From Armatimonadota bacterium (GTDB taxonomy: Bacteria; Armatimonadota; Fimbriimonadia; Fimbriimonadales; Fimbriimonadaceae), in assembly GCA_031400935.1 (NCBI GenBank), contig JANNQV010000022.1, forward strand, positions 1 to 64,000: a stretch of DNA of 64,000 bases. Reading direction: 5' to 3'. The position numbers and the translations under genes were made by a program. Each line of letters opens with the position of its first letter. Position 1 is the stretch's first letter. Positions 49,898 to 58,714 of this stretch are shown in pieces. The notes beneath the pieces are model-generated. The model made no database searches and had not been told where the DNA came from. It saw nothing but the letters and a program-made list of their open reading frames with translations.

Positions 49898-50199
49898 TCG
49901 AATTGCCTCCGAGACAAAGGCTTCCGCTTCGTTAGACTCGATATGGTTGCAGGATTTGTCTTCGATAAGTTGCCTCAGAGGAGAATTGTAACCGATTGTC
50001 TTAGGTTCAACAAACGCAAAGAGAACTATTTTTTGAAAAAATTCACGTTCATTTGAAGCGGAAAACGCTTTTTCTGCGTCATTCGTTACAGCAAATGCAA
50101 TAAAGTAGGTTCAAATGAACCTAAGGTGTGCTAAGCTAAAGCTGTGCAAACTACCAGGCAATAAAAAGCTAGGGCGTTTGTACCGGCTATGGAGGAAAA

Positions 50200-50394
50200 A
50201 TGAAGTTTTACAACCTAAAAACTCGATCACACGTAGACGTACCGGAAACTTCGGTGCGAAAATTAAAAATGACCCGAAAAACAAAGACGGGCACTCAGAC
50301 TCGCTATGCTTTGACTGCCGAACACGAAGGCACTAAGCTGTTCAAATTCGTAAATGAAGCTGATTACAAAGCTTCCTCGGCCAAAGAAGCGTAA
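50200..50394 (+). CDS. Small basic protein (64 aa), candidate nucleic-acid-binding protein
   Basis: GGAGG SD, own terminator, 14 K/R vs 7 D/E. Confidence 0.8.
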   Translation: MKFYNLKTRSHVDVPETSVRKLKMTRKTKTGTQTRYALTAEHEGTKLFKFVNEADYKASSAKEA

Positions 50395-50407
50395 ATCGCT
50401 TTTCTTT

Positions 50408-50442
50408 AAAAATGGGCAGATTCTTTTGAGTCTGCCCCTTTT
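50408..50442 (+). terminator. Rho-independent terminator
   Basis: GGGCAGATTC-TTTT-GAGTCTGCCC followed by CTTTT. Confidence 0.7.
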
Positions 50443-50489
50443 GCTGTCAGAGCTATCTAGATTGTGGGACGCATTCGTCACAAAGGTCT

Positions 50490-50588
50490 CATAAGTCCTA
50501 ATAGGTCATATTGAGTTTGGGAATTGGAAGAGCGGACAACCCAACAACTGATAACCAATAACCAATAACCAATAACCAACAACCAAAA
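50490..50588. repeat. Nonamer remnant plus heptamer array (TAACCAA)n
   Basis: ATAAGTCCTAATAGGTCAT; CAACTGA TAACCAA TAACCAA TAACCAA TAACCAA CAACCAA. Confidence 0.75.
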
Positions 50589-50623
50589 GTGAACGCTTTG
50601 CACTCCGATCCGTCTGTACCCGC

Positions 50624-52063
50624 ATGGCACTACGAACTGATCGGGAAAAGACCGCCCACCTGCTTCGGAGGTTTGGACTTGGCGCAAGCGAAGTTGAATT
50701 GGATTACTACGTCAAGGATGGCTACTCCGGAGCCGTAAACACGCTTTTGGCATGTGAAGGCATCGAGAACCCTGGAGTACCACTTGAAAAGTTGATGCGG
50801 AAAGACAACAACAACATTCCAATGCCTTTGCTTCAAATTTGGTGGTTCATTCGAATCGCATCATCTCGGCAGCCATTGGTCGAAAAAATGTCGCTTTTTT
50901 GGCATGACCACTTTGCAACAAGCGCGCAGAAAGTAACTGGTTCGATGCTGATGTACAGCCAAGTGGACATCCTGCGAAGTCAAGCGATTGGCAATTTCCG
51001 AACTCTTCTTACAGATGTTTCAAAAGACCCTGCAATGCTTTTTTGGCTCGACAACCAATACAACGTGAAGGGAAAGCCGAACGAGAATTTTGCACGAGAA
51101 ATCATGGAGCTTTTCACGCTTGGAGTTGGAAATTACGGCGAAAAGGACGTTCAAGAGGTTGCTCGGGCGTTTACAGGATGGACAATTCAGCGTCGGGGTA
51201 GACAGGTCCAGCAACCAACTGGCAAATTGCCCGCAAATGTAACATTTACTTTTTTGCCAAACCAGCATGATAATGGCGTCAAGGAAATTTTGGGTAACAA
51301 GGGCGCGTTCAACGGCGATGATGTCATCGGCATTCTTTGTGGCAACCCTCGAACGAGCTTGTACCTTACGGAAAAAATTTGGAACTGGTTTGTTTATCCC
51401 GATCCAGATTCAAAGATTATCGAGAAACATGCCAAAGCTTTTCGAGATGCCGGACTCGATATCAAGGCTCTGCTTCGCTCAATCATGTTAGACCCGGAAT
51501 TTGTTTCCGACAAGGCAGAAAGGGCAATCTACAAGAACCCGGTTGATTTTTGCGTTTCCACAATTCGACAGCTTGGTGTCGGCGAGGAATTTGTGAAAGC
51601 GATGGGAGGAGAAGGCGAGGAATACAACCGCCAAAAGACGATCCCCGCTGTCGCTGCCCAACAAGCGATGAAATCCATGGGAATGGATTTGCTTTTTCCG
51701 CCTGATGTTGCCGGATGGGACGGAGGGAAAGCCTGGATCACAACTTCCACAATGGTCGAAAGAATTCAGTGGGCGGACCGCATTTTCCCATTGACGTTTG
51801 GTGACCAAACGGGCCAAGTTCGCTCTCGAAAGGCAGTCTTTCGCTACCCTGCATTTTCACTCATTGCTAGCAATCCGACACCAGAAAATCTGGTAGATCA
51901 ATTGGTTTCGGTGTTTGACGCACCAATTCCAGATTCCGTAAAACCGAATTTGCTAGCGGCTGCAAAGAAATCTGGAGCAATACTCAATCAGCAAACTGCA
52001 AATGCCGCAGCCAATTCGGTTTGCCGACTTATATTTGGCTATCCGGCGTTCCAGTTTTCGTAG
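50624..52063 (+). CDS. DUF1800 family protein
   Basis: HLLRRFG, EKM.LFWHDHFATS, DPAML.WLD, PNENFARE.MELFTLG, PPDVAGW. Confidence 0.92.
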   Translation: MALRTDREKTAHLLRRFGLGASEVELDYYVKDGYSGAVNTLLACEGIENPGVPLEKLMRKDNNNIPMPLLQIWWFIRIASSRQPLVEKMSLFWHDHFATSAQKVTGSMLMYSQVDILRSQAIGNFRTLLTDVSKDPAMLFWLDNQYNVKGKPNENFAREIMELFTLGVGNYGEKDVQEVARAFTGWTIQRRGRQVQQPTGKLPANVTFTFLPNQHDNGVKEILGNKGAFNGDDVIGILCGNPRTSLYLTEKIWNWFVYPDPDSKIIEKHAKAFRDAGLDIKALLRSIMLDPEFVSDKAERAIYKNPVDFCVSTIRQLGVGEEFVKAMGGEGEEYNRQKTIPAVAAQQAMKSMGMDLLFPPDVAGWDGGKAWITTSTMVERIQWADRIFPLTFGDQTGQVRSRKAVFRYPAFSLIASNPTPENLVDQLVSVFDAPIPDSVKPNLLAAAKKSGAILNQQTANAAANSVCRLIFGYPAFQFS

Positions 52064-52069
52064 GAAGTG

Positions 52070-52191
52070 ATGTGACTTGCCCGTCCCGGGCAAGTGTGTC
52101 TCGACCGTCCCGGTCGAGCGGTTCCGGCTTCACTCTCAGACCCATTGGCGGGACGCCAATGTCACACTCGTCCGGGACGGACGAGTCACAT
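52070..52191. repeat. REPIN-like multi-hairpin cassette, copy 2
   Basis: Four hairpins with TCC/GGA loops, bounded by ATGTGAC...GTCACAT. Confidence 0.85.
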
Positions 52192-52217
52192 AAATGCTCG
52201 CCCGGTACAATCTAAGG

Positions 52218-53372
52218 GTGAGCCAACCCCTTACGCCTCTGGTCGGCCTCACGGCCGCCGAAATCTCGCAAATGCTCGCTGCGCGCGAAGATTCATCTTT
52301 TCGCGGCAAGCAGATCGCCAAATGGATGTACCAAAAGGCCGCCGGAGATTTTTCCGTTATGAACGATGTGCCGCAAGCACTGCGAAAGGAGCTTGCCGAA
52401 ACCTATTGCGTTGATTCGCTTGAAGTTTCGAGACACTTGGTTTCAACAGATGGCGTTGAAAAGCTTCTCGTTCATTCCGGCGACGATCAGGCCTTCGAGT
52501 GCGTCATGCTTCCGTACGAAGATCGCGTGTCATGCTGCCTCAGCTCGCAAGTCGGCTGCATTATGGGTTGCGCATTCTGCGCGACCGGGCTTGGAGGCTT
52601 TGACCGAAACCTGACCGCTGGCGAGATCGTTGCCCAATATTTGTTGCTGCAAAGGATGCGAAGAAGCCAACTTGAAGCGCGCGGTGAGGAACGCGAAACT
52701 CAAAAGAAAACAGGATTCCACCAGGCAAAAGAAGCGAGCCGCGAACGAATTTCGCACGTCGTGTTTATGGGAATGGGCGAACCGCTGCTGAATTTCAAAA
52801 ATTTGCTGAAAGCGATGCGAATTCTTCATGACGAAGTTGGACTCAGCTATCGCCACATTACTGTTTCGACTGTTGGAATCGTGCCTCAAATTCGTGAGCT
52901 GGCCGCCGAAGGTCTTCCGATTCACTTAGCATTGAGCTTGCATTCGCCATTTGATTCGATCCGGGATCAACTGATGCCAGTAAATAAGAAATGGAAAGTT
53001 TCGGAAGTCATGGGAGCGATGCGCGATTACATGGGCGCAACCGGACGTAAGATAACTATCGAGTATTTGCTTATTGAAAACCTTACAGACACCCAAGATC
53101 AGGCTGTTGAGCTGGCTCGATTGGTCAAGGGCGTTCCGCATGTCGTCAATGTGATCCCGTTTAACTATGTTTCAACAAAAGAGGGTTTTCAAAGACCGAC
53201 AAGGGAGAGAGTCAAAGCTTTCAAGCGAGTGCTAAAGGAACGAGGAGCAAACGTTACGGAGCGCCAAGAACGCGGACACGACATTGCCGCAGCTTGCGGT
53301 CAGTTGGCCGGGCAGCATAAGGGCGTTTTCGCCGGGAGGGCGCGATCTTCCGAATTGCCTGTTGTCTCGTGA
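52218..53372 (+). CDS. rlmN: 23S rRNA (A2503-C2) methyltransferase, radical SAM
   Basis: CLSSQVGCIMGCAFCATG, FMGMGEP, DIAAACGQL; probable GTG start 52218. Confidence 0.95.
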   Translation: MSQPLTPLVGLTAAEISQMLAAREDSSFRGKQIAKWMYQKAAGDFSVMNDVPQALRKELAETYCVDSLEVSRHLVSTDGVEKLLVHSGDDQAFECVMLPYEDRVSCCLSSQVGCIMGCAFCATGLGGFDRNLTAGEIVAQYLLLQRMRRSQLEARGEERETQKKTGFHQAKEASRERISHVVFMGMGEPLLNFKNLLKAMRILHDEVGLSYRHITVSTVGIVPQIRELAAEGLPIHLALSLHSPFDSIRDQLMPVNKKWKVSEVMGAMRDYMGATGRKITIEYLLIENLTDTQDQAVELARLVKGVPHVVNVIPFNYVSTKEGFQRPTRERVKAFKRVLKERGANVTERQERGHDIAAACGQLAGQHKGVFAGRARSSELPVVS

Positions 53373-53899
53373 TTTCTGTTGTTTTGGCATCTTGCGCTCC
53401 GGGGACGAGCAAGAGATTGAGTGAGATAACTGGCACGGAAACAAAGAAAACTGTACTTGAATCCGCTCAGACTTCAAGTGGAGAATTGACATCTTACGGA
53501 GATCGAGTGCCCCGAAGGGCGCTTTGGTCCATCCGATGGAAGACCGCCGAACTTGTTTACAGCCAAGATGGAAAAGCTGGGGGTTCGATGACGGATGTTG
53601 AGGGCGACTTGTTTGCAAACGGGAAAAAAGCAAGCCGTTTTCGTGCACAAAGAGGTTTAGCGTCTGTAAAAAATAGAAATCTAAACCTTTCAGGCGGGGT
53701 CACTATTGAGACATCTGATCCACCGGGAACTTTAAATTGCGAATCGGTTGTGTGGAATCCAGACACCGAAACGATAGAAGCGCACGGTAAAGTTTACGTA
53801 ACGATGGAAACAATTCAATTTGGCCCATTTGATAAATTAGTCGTTTCCCCAGATTTGAAAGAGATTTCCACCCCCGGACTAGCATCGCCAAAAAAATGA
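53369..53899 (+). CDS. lptC: LPS export protein LptC-like
   Basis: Beta-jellyroll-like pattern (A.RG...L.L.G.V..L....WN......A.G.V); Lpt context. Confidence 0.65.
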   Translation: MISVVLASCAPGTSKRLSEITGTETKKTVLESAQTSSGELTSYGDRVPRRALWSIRWKTAELVYSQDGKAGGSMTDVEGDLFANGKKASRFRAQRGLASVKNRNLNLSGGVTIETSDPPGTLNCESVVWNPDTETIEAHGKVYVTMETIQFGPFDKLVVSPDLKEISTPGLASPKK

Positions 53900-54741
53900 A
53901 TTTCCGCTTTCTTCCATGGATTGGACTTGTGATACTTGCTTCTGCAATCGCGTTTGCACAGCAGGCGCAAAGGTCTAACAACGAGTTCTACTTTTTTGAT
54001 GAGTTTAAGGCAAAGCTTTTGGCTGGTGGCAAAATTCAGCTATCGGTTGTAGGTAAGCCCATCAAGGCTGATCTCAAATCTCAGGCTTTGAAGCTAGAAG
54101 CCCTCTTGTTTGAAGGCGTCATGGTTCGGACAAAGGGACAATCCTTGGCCATAAACGCCGCAACGATTTCTGGAAACGTGAATCTTACGATAAGCCGGCC
54201 GTCCTCGTCAAAAATTGCTGGATCGAATCAGACGGTCGAGATTCAATCCGCAAAAATCAGCTATGTCGGTGCGACAAATACTGTGGCTTCGCAGGGTGCT
54301 GTATCTATCGAAAGAAACGACGTTTCAGCTTCAGAAACTATGAGTCTTTCGGCAGGATCGGGTGAGGCCCGCCTGTTTGAGCCTGGAATTTCGTCGGCGC
54401 GAAGCCCATTTAGCAGCTTGCACCTTGATGGAGGGGTCAAAGGGATTTTGACGGGTGTTGCAATTGAAGAAGGAAAACCGGTTCTAGATTCAAGTCAGAA
54501 GCCAAAAAAGACCATCGTCAACTTGACTTGCACGACGCTTCGATACGATGACCATGCTGGGAAAATGACGTTATCCGGAAATGTGAAACTTTGGGGCGAC
54601 CATCCGATGCTCTTTGGCAACATAGATGCCAAGCAGGTCGTCCTGATCTTTAGCGAATTAGGCGAAATTGATGAAATTATCGTGACAGGCGAACCCGCCA
54701 GCACAACCATAACTAGAAAACCACCGCCAGCAAGGAAGTAG
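53896..54741 (+). CDS. LptA/OstA-like secreted beta-jellyroll protein
   Basis: Signal peptide; L.YDD...MTLSGNV pattern; between lptC and lptB. Confidence 0.6.
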   Translation: MNFRFLPWIGLVILASAIAFAQQAQRSNNEFYFFDEFKAKLLAGGKIQLSVVGKPIKADLKSQALKLEALLFEGVMVRTKGQSLAINAATISGNVNLTISRPSSSKIAGSNQTVEIQSAKISYVGATNTVASQGAVSIERNDVSASETMSLSAGSGEARLFEPGISSARSPFSSLHLDGGVKGILTGVAIEEGKPVLDSSQKPKKTIVNLTCTTLRYDDHAGKMTLSGNVKLWGDHPMLFGNIDAKQVVLIFSELGEIDEIIVTGEPASTTITRKPPPARK

Positions 54742-54754
54742 GCGGACTCTTTTC

Positions 54755-55525
54755 ATGAGGATTACAACCAAAAATCTCGTCAAGCAATACAAAGGCCGTC
54801 GCGTTGTCAACGACGTTTCATTCGAGTTCTCTCAAGGCGAAGTCGTTGGACTTCTAGGGCCAAATGGAGCTGGAAAAACGACGACTTTTTACATGATTAC
54901 TGGGCTCGTGCGCCCCAATCAAGGTCGAGTGTTTTTTGACGACCTTGATGTGACAAAGTTGCCGATGTACCGTCGCGCGAGAGCGGGCATCGGATATTTG
55001 CCCCAAGAAACTAGCGTCTTTCGGCGATTGACTGTTGAAGACAATTTGCGATTGGTCTTGGAATTAGTGGGCTTGCCCAAATCTGAACACAATGCTCGCG
55101 TCAAAGAGTTAGCAGGCGAACTGCACATCACACATTTGCTCGAAAGCACGGCAAACGTCCTTTCGGGAGGTGAAAAGCGCAGAGTCGAAATCGCCAGAGC
55201 ATTAGCTTCTCAACCGAAATTCATTTTGCTTGACGAACCGTTCACAGGAATTGATCCGGTCACAATCGAGGAAATTCAGAGCATCATTCACAAATTGCGA
55301 AGCCAGGGAATTGGAATTCTCATTACCGACCACAATGTCGGCGCGACGCTGAAAATTACGGACAGAAACTACATTCTCATTGACGGCAAGATCATCAAAG
55401 AGGGCACAGCTTCTGAAATCGCCGCCGACGAACTCGTTCGCAAACATTATCTTGGCGAGCAGTTCGATGCTGGAACCTCTGAAGGCAGCAAGAAAACAGA
55501 AAAACCGACGGACGAGGCGGAATGA
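54755..55525 (+). CDS. lptB: LPS export ABC transporter ATPase
   Basis: GLLGPNGAGKTTTF, GYLPQE, LSGGEKRRVEIARAL, ITDHNV, YLGE.F. Confidence 0.96.
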   Translation: MRITTKNLVKQYKGRRVVNDVSFEFSQGEVVGLLGPNGAGKTTTFYMITGLVRPNQGRVFFDDLDVTKLPMYRRARAGIGYLPQETSVFRRLTVEDNLRLVLELVGLPKSEHNARVKELAGELHITHLLESTANVLSGGEKRRVEIARALASQPKFILLDEPFTGIDPVTIEEIQSIIHKLRSQGIGILITDHNVGATLKITDRNYILIDGKIIKEGTASEIAADELVRKHYLGEQFDAGTSEGSKKTEKPTDEAE

Positions 55526-56634
55526 AGCGACTCGACAGACTTGTGATTCGAGAACTGCTCGGCCCATTTGGCATGGGTTTAGGGCTCTTTGGAACGCTTA
55601 TGTTCGCCTCGGCGATGCTAAATCGAGTGACGGAATGGATTGTTCAAGGCATAGCTCCCGGGCGCGTATTGGAAATGAGCCTTCTGCTTTCTCCTGCGAT
55701 TTTTGTACGTTCGGGAGCCATGTCATGTCTGCTTGCGGCTTTGCTTGCGTTTGGCCGGTTAAGTAACGACAGCGAAATCGTGGCGATTCGTGCCGCTGGA
55801 GCAAGTTTGTACCGAATCATGTGGGGAGTTTTGATTTTCTCCGTCATCGCCGGTACGGCGATGTTCACGATCAACGAAACCTTTGTTCCGTGGGCCTCCG
55901 ACAGGGCAAATGCGCTCTCTCAAGAAGTGCGAAAGCAGATGGACGCTGCAGCAACGGGAAGAAACATCAATCGTTCAATAAAGATGCAAGACGGCTCGAT
56001 TGCAATGCTTTCTGCGGTTGATTTCAGTCTTGTAACGCAAACGCTTCGAAAGGCTAGTCTTGTGATCTATTCTAGCAAACTAGAACCCATTTGGTGGATT
56101 CAGGCTGATGAAATGCAGTATTTCAACGAAAAGGATTGGCGACTTTCAGGGAATGCATGGCTCATTTCTGCTGATGGCGAAAGTGTGATCAAAATTCACG
56201 ATGGTGCGTGGCCGAGCCAAGTGGACGAACTCTCTCTAAAGCCTCGCAATTTACTTGCCGGATTCGTGAGCGATTTGGACGTTTTCAGCATGAGGCAGAT
56301 TAAGGAAGAGATTGACGTTATGAAGGCTGAACCGAACCCGAATTACAAGCAGCTTGCAAACCTCGAATTCGGATATTGGAACAAGCTGGCGCTTCCTCTT
56401 AGCACGATCATATTTGCACTTTTGGGCGCACCCCTTGGCATTCGAAACCAGCGAACGGGGATGGGCGCGGGCTTTGCCTTGAGCATTGTTGTCACGTTCG
56501 GCTACATCATGCTGGCGAACTGGATGGCAGTTTATGCAAAAGGCGGTGCAATCCCGCCGTTCGTTGCCAGCTTTACACCCGTCGTTATAGGTGGGATCGC
56601 TGCATTTATCGCGATGTGGCGCAAGAATAACTGA
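55522..56634 (+). CDS. LptF/LptG-family permease
   Basis: RLDRL..REL, GRLSNDSEIVAIRAAG, KLALPL..LG.PLG. Confidence 0.92.
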   Translation: MKRLDRLVIRELLGPFGMGLGLFGTLMFASAMLNRVTEWIVQGIAPGRVLEMSLLLSPAIFVRSGAMSCLLAALLAFGRLSNDSEIVAIRAAGASLYRIMWGVLIFSVIAGTAMFTINETFVPWASDRANALSQEVRKQMDAAATGRNINRSIKMQDGSIAMLSAVDFSLVTQTLRKASLVIYSSKLEPIWWIQADEMQYFNEKDWRLSGNAWLISADGESVIKIHDGAWPSQVDELSLKPRNLLAGFVSDLDVFSMRQIKEEIDVMKAEPNPNYKQLANLEFGYWNKLALPLSTIIFALLGAPLGIRNQRTGMGAGFALSIVVTFGYIMLANWMAVYAKGGAIPPFVASFTPVVIGGIAAFIAMWRKNN

Positions 56635-56637
56635 CCT

Positions 56638-58128
56638 ATGGGCCTTACGAGTATCGGTTTTTTGATTTTAATGGTGCTGATGGGCGGCATCGTCGCGCTC
56701 CTTGCCGATAACCTGGGACGAAAGATTGGCAAGAAACGGCTAAAGATTCATCATCGGATTCGGCCGCGTCACACTGCAACATTGTTTGTAGTTGGGTCTG
56801 GGCTACTGATTCCACTTTTAACGGTTTTTACAGTTGCTGGACTTAGCAGTGATGTGCGAACTTGGCTTACGCAGGGCGAACAGGCGATACAAGATGTAAA
56901 GAGTTTGAGCAGCCAGAAAGCGACTTTAAACAAGCAGATTTCTGATACTCAAGCCAATCTCACTCTGGCAAATCAGAAACTGGTCGGTGTAAATGGCGAA
57001 CTAGCTAAGCGGGAAGGCGAATTGCGAATTAGTTCTCAGCAGCTTCAAGATTCAAAGGTTCGGTTCGCACAGGCAAATGCAAAGTACCTCGGTGCTCAAT
57101 CCAAGTTTATTGCAGCAGGCCGAAAGCTAATTGAAAGCACCAAGAATCTGAAATTGACCGATGATCAACGCAAGCAGATTCTTTCGTCATTTAAGGAAAT
57201 AAGCAAGCAACGACAAGACCTATTTGAATATCAACGCAAGCTGAACATTGAAATTGAGAATCTGGAAAAATCAATTCGATCTCTGAACGGAGAAAAATTG
57301 AAGCTTGAGACAGATCGAATCGAGCTAGAGGGACAAATCACAAACCTTAAGAAGCAATATGTAGCTGATCTAGCAATTGCAGAAGGCGAAAAGCTCAGAA
57401 TTCAGAAAGAGCTTGACGAGGCTGAAGCAGAGTTGAAGCGTGTTCGGGGGTCCAGTAGTTTCTTCGAAGCGATCAATGACCAAACCCGACAAAAGCCCAT
57501 CATTTACGGAATGGGATTTGAAGTCGCCAGATTAGTTGCACCTGCCAATTCCACCACATTGCAAGCAAGAAATATGCTCAACAGCCTTCTCCGAACGTCA
57601 AGGGTTGTTGCAGAATCTCGGGGTGCCAAGGGCCAAGGACGGGTTCCTGCGGCATCAATATGGGATCAGGAAATTGGTGGACGAAACGTAACAGCGGAAG
57701 AGCAAATGAGCGCGATTGTTGCAAAAATTGCTGGCGTACCCGAATCTCGAATATTGGTCGCCACCGCTTTTTGGAATGCATATTTTGGTGAGCCCGTGCC
57801 CCTGAACATCACCGCATATCCAAATAAACTTTGCTTTGCGAAAGGTGCAGTAATCGGCGAAGTGAGGATCAGCGGAGATGCCGAGGCGGGCGAAGTTATA
57901 CGGCTGCTAAGCAATTGGCTTGCTGGAAACATTCGAGAAGTTGCATTGAAAGCGGGCATGATTCCAATTGTCGGGCAAGACGGTGCACTTGCCGAAATAG
58001 CCCCCGCACAAGTTTTTGAAATCGTAGCTCAAATTCGCTCTGCAAGCCGAACCGCTAGAATTCAAGCGGTTGCTGCCGAGGATATTTATGCATCAGAACC
58101 GCTCAAAGTGGAGTTTAGAATTCGGTAA
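56638..58128 (+). CDS. DUF3084 family membrane coiled-coil protein
   Basis: GGIVALLADNLGRKIGKKRL..IRPRHTA; long coiled coil. Confidence 0.88.
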   Translation: MGLTSIGFLILMVLMGGIVALLADNLGRKIGKKRLKIHHRIRPRHTATLFVVGSGLLIPLLTVFTVAGLSSDVRTWLTQGEQAIQDVKSLSSQKATLNKQISDTQANLTLANQKLVGVNGELAKREGELRISSQQLQDSKVRFAQANAKYLGAQSKFIAAGRKLIESTKNLKLTDDQRKQILSSFKEISKQRQDLFEYQRKLNIEIENLEKSIRSLNGEKLKLETDRIELEGQITNLKKQYVADLAIAEGEKLRIQKELDEAEAELKRVRGSSSFFEAINDQTRQKPIIYGMGFEVARLVAPANSTTLQARNMLNSLLRTSRVVAESRGAKGQGRVPAASIWDQEIGGRNVTAEEQMSAIVAKIAGVPESRILVATAFWNAYFGEPVPLNITAYPNKLCFAKGAVIGEVRISGDAEAGEVIRLLSNWLAGNIREVALKAGMIPIVGQDGALAEIAPAQVFEIVAQIRSASRTARIQAVAAEDIYASEPLKVEFRIR

Positions 58129-58130
58129 AC

Positions 58131-58538
58131 ATGAAAAAGACCGTCCTAGCCATTGATCCTGGAAGCTCAAAATGCGGTCTTGCGCTTGTCGAGCGCGAGA
58201 ACGATGAACTAAGTGTTCTATGGCGTCAAATCACACCCGTTGATCAGTTGGTCGAGGGATTAGAGAGCGCAATGGAATGCGCAACCTATTCAATGGTTAT
58301 CGTCGGCTCAGGTACAAAATCGCAAACTACAGTTGCCCGAATTCGGGAAAGGTATCCAAGCATCGGCATCCTTGTTGTTGACGAAAGGGACACAACGCTT
58401 CAAGCCAGAGAGAGATATTGGGAAACTCACAAGCGCAAAGGCTGGAGGCGATTACTCCCTTCAACATTGCAACTTCCCCCCGAGCCGGTGGACGACTTCG
58501 TCGCCTTGATTCTAGCGGAGAGAGTATTGCTGCCTTAG
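58131..58538 (+). CDS. YqgF/RNase H-like nuclease
   Basis: LAIDPGSSKCGLA, VGSGT, VDERDTT..AR..YW, PVDD..A. Confidence 0.85.
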   Translation: MKKTVLAIDPGSSKCGLALVERENDELSVLWRQITPVDQLVEGLESAMECATYSMVIVGSGTKSQTTVARIRERYPSIGILVVDERDTTLQARERYWETHKRKGWRRLLPSTLQLPPEPVDDFVALILAERVLLP

Positions 58539-58559
58539 GAATTCGTTGTGGCAAGACGG

Positions 58560-58678
58560 TGTGGCTTGCCCGTCTCGTGCAAGTGTGCTTCGACCATCCC
58601 GGTCGAATTACGTTAGATTAGGTAGCGCGAGATGGGCGGGACGCCCATTCCACTCTCGTCCGGGACGGACGAGCCACA
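58560..58678. repeat. REPIN-like multi-hairpin cassette, copy 3
   Basis: TGTGGC...GCCACA bounded; four hairpins in the same order as copy 2. Confidence 0.85.
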
Positions 58679-58714
58679 GGATTTTTTGCTATCGTAGACT
58701 GGTAGACTCCCGAA

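Noticed and set aside
52655..52745. About 25-aa charged insert in RlmN
   Set aside because: Lies in a loop that is normally variable; no intein or repeat signature
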